This document shows positions 62,201 to 64,000 of a stretch of DNA of 64,000 nt, one piece after another. The stretch comes from an uncultured Desulfatitalea sp. GTDB lineage: Bacteria; Desulfobacterota; Desulfobacteria; Desulfobacterales; Desulfosarcinaceae. How positions within the stretch are numbered: position 1 is the first letter of the stretch; each line of letters starts with the position of its first letter. The stretch covers positions 1,440,001 to 1,504,000 of the forward strand of contig CAXXMB010000002.1 of assembly GCA_963668675.2 (NCBI GenBank), written 5' to 3'. A program made the translations under genes and the position numbers. Below the pieces are notes generated by a model that was given only the letters and a program-made list of their open reading frames with translations, searched no databases and was not told the DNA's origin.

Positions 62201-63911
62201 GGAAGATAACCCGTGGGGTATCAAATTTTCTCGCCTTTTTGACATGTCTAACGACAGTTCTCTATTTAAAACTTTGGATATGGTCAGGGATTCAGAAGCG
62301 GGAGACATGGATTATCTCCCGCTTTACGAAGCAAAAATGGTGCATCAATTCGATCACCGCTGGGCCACCTACGAAACCGATGACGAGACCAGCCGGGACT
62401 GTACCTTGGCTGAAAAACAGGATCCAGCTTATCACAGTTTGCCGCGATATTGGGTGGACAGTTGGCAGGTGACCCTGCGCACGGCCCAGGTACCCAAAGC
62501 AGTGGTGGATGCAGCTAAAAGCAATAAATCTGATGTTATTAATGACAGCCTGGCCATATGGGCGGCCGGGGCGGCGCTGCTGAAAGGGGACAACAAAAAG
62601 GCCGAAGCGTTGTTGAAAGAACCCTTAACTCTGTTCAATACAGAAACAAGCGAAAAACAGAGAGCCGCGCTATGGATGGCCGAAAGATGGCCTCTATCTG
62701 ATCATGAATACAACCACATATCGGAAATAATCGCTACGAAGCAGGACCCTTTCCCCATTACCAGACAATTACTGGAGAACCGCCGGCCTCAGTATTTACT
62801 GGGGTGGCGTGATATATGCCGATCAACGGATGAACGGACCGCTATAGCCAGTATCATTCCTCATAGTGCGGTAGGTAATAATTTCCCACTTGTTTTAGTA
62901 GATAAAAGCCTTTGGGGTAAACCACTGGCAGCATTATATGCAAACCTTTGTTCACTTGTTTTTGATTTTGTTACACGCCACAAGGTTGGCGGAACTCATC
63001 TCAACTTTTTTATTTTCAGACAGTTACCGGTGCTTCCGCCATCCCATTATTCTGAAAGAGATCTTTCATTTATTACCAGTCGAGTTTTGGAATTATCATA
63101 TACCGGAAATTCTCTCAGGCCGTTCGCTGAAGATTTGGGATATAATGGCGCCCCATTCCCCTTCGACCCGAAAAGGCGCCATCAGCTCAGATGTGAATTG
63201 GATGCTTATTATGCCCGACTTTACCAATTGAACAGGGACGACCTGCGCTATATCCTCGACCCTGCCGAAGTGATGGGGGACGATTATCCATCGGAAACCT
63301 TCCGTGGACTAAAATCCAAGGAGATGAATCAGTTCGGTGAATACCGCACACGACGTTTGGTGCTGGAAGCCTGGGACAAACTGGAAGCCGAGTCACAACG
63401 CCCGGCGGCACAGGCTTATCACGAAAATCCCCAGCTGTTTCCATGGCCCGGGCGGGAAGCCTTTGTCTACGAACTCATTCCGCACCTTGTGGCGGCCAAA
63501 GAGGGCATGGAGTTTGACTATTACCGAGATGCCGCCATTCTGGCTTCCCGACCGGACAACCTGCGCCAATTATTGCCCCCCGACAGTCGCCCACTGTTTG
63601 ACGATCTCCCCGAAAAGACTATCTCATGCTGCGCATTTCCTTCGGACCAGCATATCCGGCCGCGCGATATTCGAAGAGGGCTGACCGCCGATGGTCGCAT
63701 TCAGATCGACCCCGATAGCCTGATCACCTGGTGTGGCGCAAAAACGGCGTCCCTGAAATTTGAAGCCGACCTTTCACCACTCATCCCGTTAATTCTCACT
63801 GCAGGCGATGTTCTAAAAAAGGCTCAATCCGATATGCAACCCTTGTTGGATGCCGACCAACAGGAAGAAGCGCAACAGGTTATTCAATTTATCCAAGGGG
63901 CGGTGGCTTGA
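59238..63911 (+). CDS. large N6-adenine-type DNA methyltransferase (Eco57I/DrmMI-like)
   Basis: RKLTGSYYTP, DPACGSGHF (motif I), GNPPW (motif IV), FENRE, WRDI..STDERT target-recognition region. Confidence 0.9.
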   Translation: MPKHRNDTGLEAIRIEGGLLSTALMQQLRHYQLPGQTSEAYDIEKGLKLSDELGRYWRIAQARWQRYSELRQRVDLDHTTLAVEQWLLPLFTRVLGYQINPSEPLQKAERLFPITHTAFDGTVPFVFTGAEYPLDTGDTRFGESGHKRSPAGLLQEYINAEERCMWAFVGNGLTLRLMRDNPAITRPAYVEIDLQRMFDEELYADFTVFWLLLHATRLAPVDSRPDNCYLEQWRNQGLDEGERVLGQLRYGVTQALRIIGTGFVAHPDNHSLRENLKSGELSTDQFFQELLRLIYRMLFLLTTEDRGVLLDPKASNDARTLYQQGYSVGMLRDRARFKRHHDNYSDAWQQLLVTFAGFSTGQPLLAQPALGGLFADDQCPNLDKAELANRYLYTALFNLCYFQTGGVLSRVNYKEMDEELGSIYESLLELIPQFSTNGQWQFGFIGDEADGDGTAGHARKLTGSYYTPHALVQELIKSALEPVLAQRLRENPENPREALLDITVCDPACGSGHFLLAAARRLAAQLARIDAGSDQPTETDYRHALREVISRCIYGVDINPLAVELCRMALWIEAMEPGKPLGFLDAHIRVGNSLVGVLNPETLKKGIPDKAFQPLTGDDKDIAAALKMRNRLDPRQKEIFGRGVADLSACAVDLAAMPEEDLNQVEQKRDAWTAMLYSEACQKEKLRADLYSAAYFAPKTAENNDNVPTNFELNAIEHDEAIRPEMRSHIAGLAAGHRFFHWHIAFPEVFEKGGFDVLLGNPPWERIKIQEKEFFASRSQEIAGAANAASRRRKIEALQNGTEAENALYREFQYTKHTAEAVSLFVRESGRFPLTARGDINLYAIFAEHFAYAVNDTGRAGILVPTGIATDDSTKIFFSTVVKNNRLFSLFDFENREGLFAGVHRSYKFCLLTLGSNKQAAQLSFFATQTPQLKDKRRSFTLSPDEFSLINPNTLTCPVFRSQKDAELTKKIYRTAPILIREATCKRPEDNPWGIKFSRLFDMSNDSSLFKTLDMVRDSEAGDMDYLPLYEAKMVHQFDHRWATYETDDETSRDCTLAEKQDPAYHSLPRYWVDSWQVTLRTAQVPKAVVDAAKSNKSDVINDSLAIWAAGAALLKGDNKKAEALLKEPLTLFNTETSEKQRAALWMAERWPLSDHEYNHISEIIATKQDPFPITRQLLENRRPQYLLGWRDICRSTDERTAIASIIPHSAVGNNFPLVLVDKSLWGKPLAALYANLCSLVFDFVTRHKVGGTHLNFFIFRQLPVLPPSHYSERDLSFITSRVLELSYTGNSLRPFAEDLGYNGAPFPFDPKRRHQLRCELDAYYARLYQLNRDDLRYILDPAEVMGDDYPSETFRGLKSKEMNQFGEYRTRRLVLEAWDKLEAESQRPAAQAYHENPQLFPWPGREAFVYELIPHLVAAKEGMEFDYYRDAAILASRPDNLRQLLPPDSRPLFDDLPEKTISCCAFPSDQHIRPRDIRRGLTADGRIQIDPDSLITWCGAKTASLKFEADLSPLIPLILTAGDVLKKAQSDMQPLLDADQQEEAQQVIQFIQGAVA

Positions 63912-63923
63912 TGGGGAGAAATC

Positions 63924-64000
63924 ATGGATTCGGTATTTACTATAAGTCCTGAACGCATAGCGCCCAGGCTTTGGCTGGAGCGGCTGGTGATCTTTCGAAG
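63924..64000 (+). CDS. start of next operon gene (truncated by window), possibly SMC/ABC-type ATPase
   Basis: GGGGAG RBS, ATG 63924, MDSVFTISPERIAPRLWLERLVIFR open to the window edge; product call is weak. Confidence 0.5.
   Translation, partial: MDSVFTISPERIAPRLWLERLVIFR

Larger units (their letters stand above)
40157..64000. mobile_element. integrated element / genomic island at tRNA-Gln (satellite- or IME-like), right end outside window
   Basis: Integrase stop lies 8 bp from the tRNA CCA; excisionase, primase-helicase and defence cargo follow; abrupt shift to AT-richer sequence. Left boundary within the tRNA is approximate; no attR seen to the right in window. Confidence 0.88.

Noticed and set aside
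51152..63911. Canonical DISARM, BREX, Druantia or type I/III R-M call
   Set aside because: No separate DrmA/DrmB/PLD, PglZ/BrxC, DruA-D/H, HsdS/HsdR or Res-Mod pair in view.
1..64000. CRISPR array, rRNA, IS transposase, reverse transcriptase, phage structural genes
   Set aside because: No regularly spaced 25-45 bp repeats or diagnostic motifs noticed by eye.

Overview
Bacterial chromosomal window with two distinct parts. The gene content (AcsE-like pterin-binding protein, DUF169, archaeal/eukaryote-type ProRS) suggests a Desulfobacterota-like anaerobe; this is inference only. (1) About 1-40.1 kb is GC-rich core genome: assorted enzymes and regulators, rlmN, cyclophilin, rpmB-bamD-trxA, purN, then a long minus-strand run rpmF-[acyl-CoA dehydrogenase]-fabG-acpP-fabF-rpiB-glyA-dCMP deaminase-nrdR-ribD-ribE-ribBA-ribH-nusB-MBL-ispG-proS-rel, followed by gltX and tRNA-Gln(CTG). 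(2) From the tRNA-Gln 3' end (about 40.16 kb) to beyond the window edge is an integrated, visibly AT-richer element with no virion or conjugation genes in the visible part. It carries a tyrosine integrase with an overlapping excisionase and a cassette of DUF3102-like protein, tRNA-guanine-transglycosylase(TGT)/DpdA-like enzyme and SplB/DUF5131-like radical SAM enzyme, which is a candidate uncharacterised DNA base-modification system and the top finding. It also has two parallel replication-type units, each led by a small unannotated ribbon-helix-helix gene (AEP primase-SF3 helicase; AAA+/wHTH protein), flanking an AT-rich iteron region. A DISARM-related defence operon follows (DUF1998 helicase-nuclease, SNF2 helicase, N6-adenine-type methyltransferase) and continues off the window. 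All family assignments come from motifs read by eye; no database search was run.
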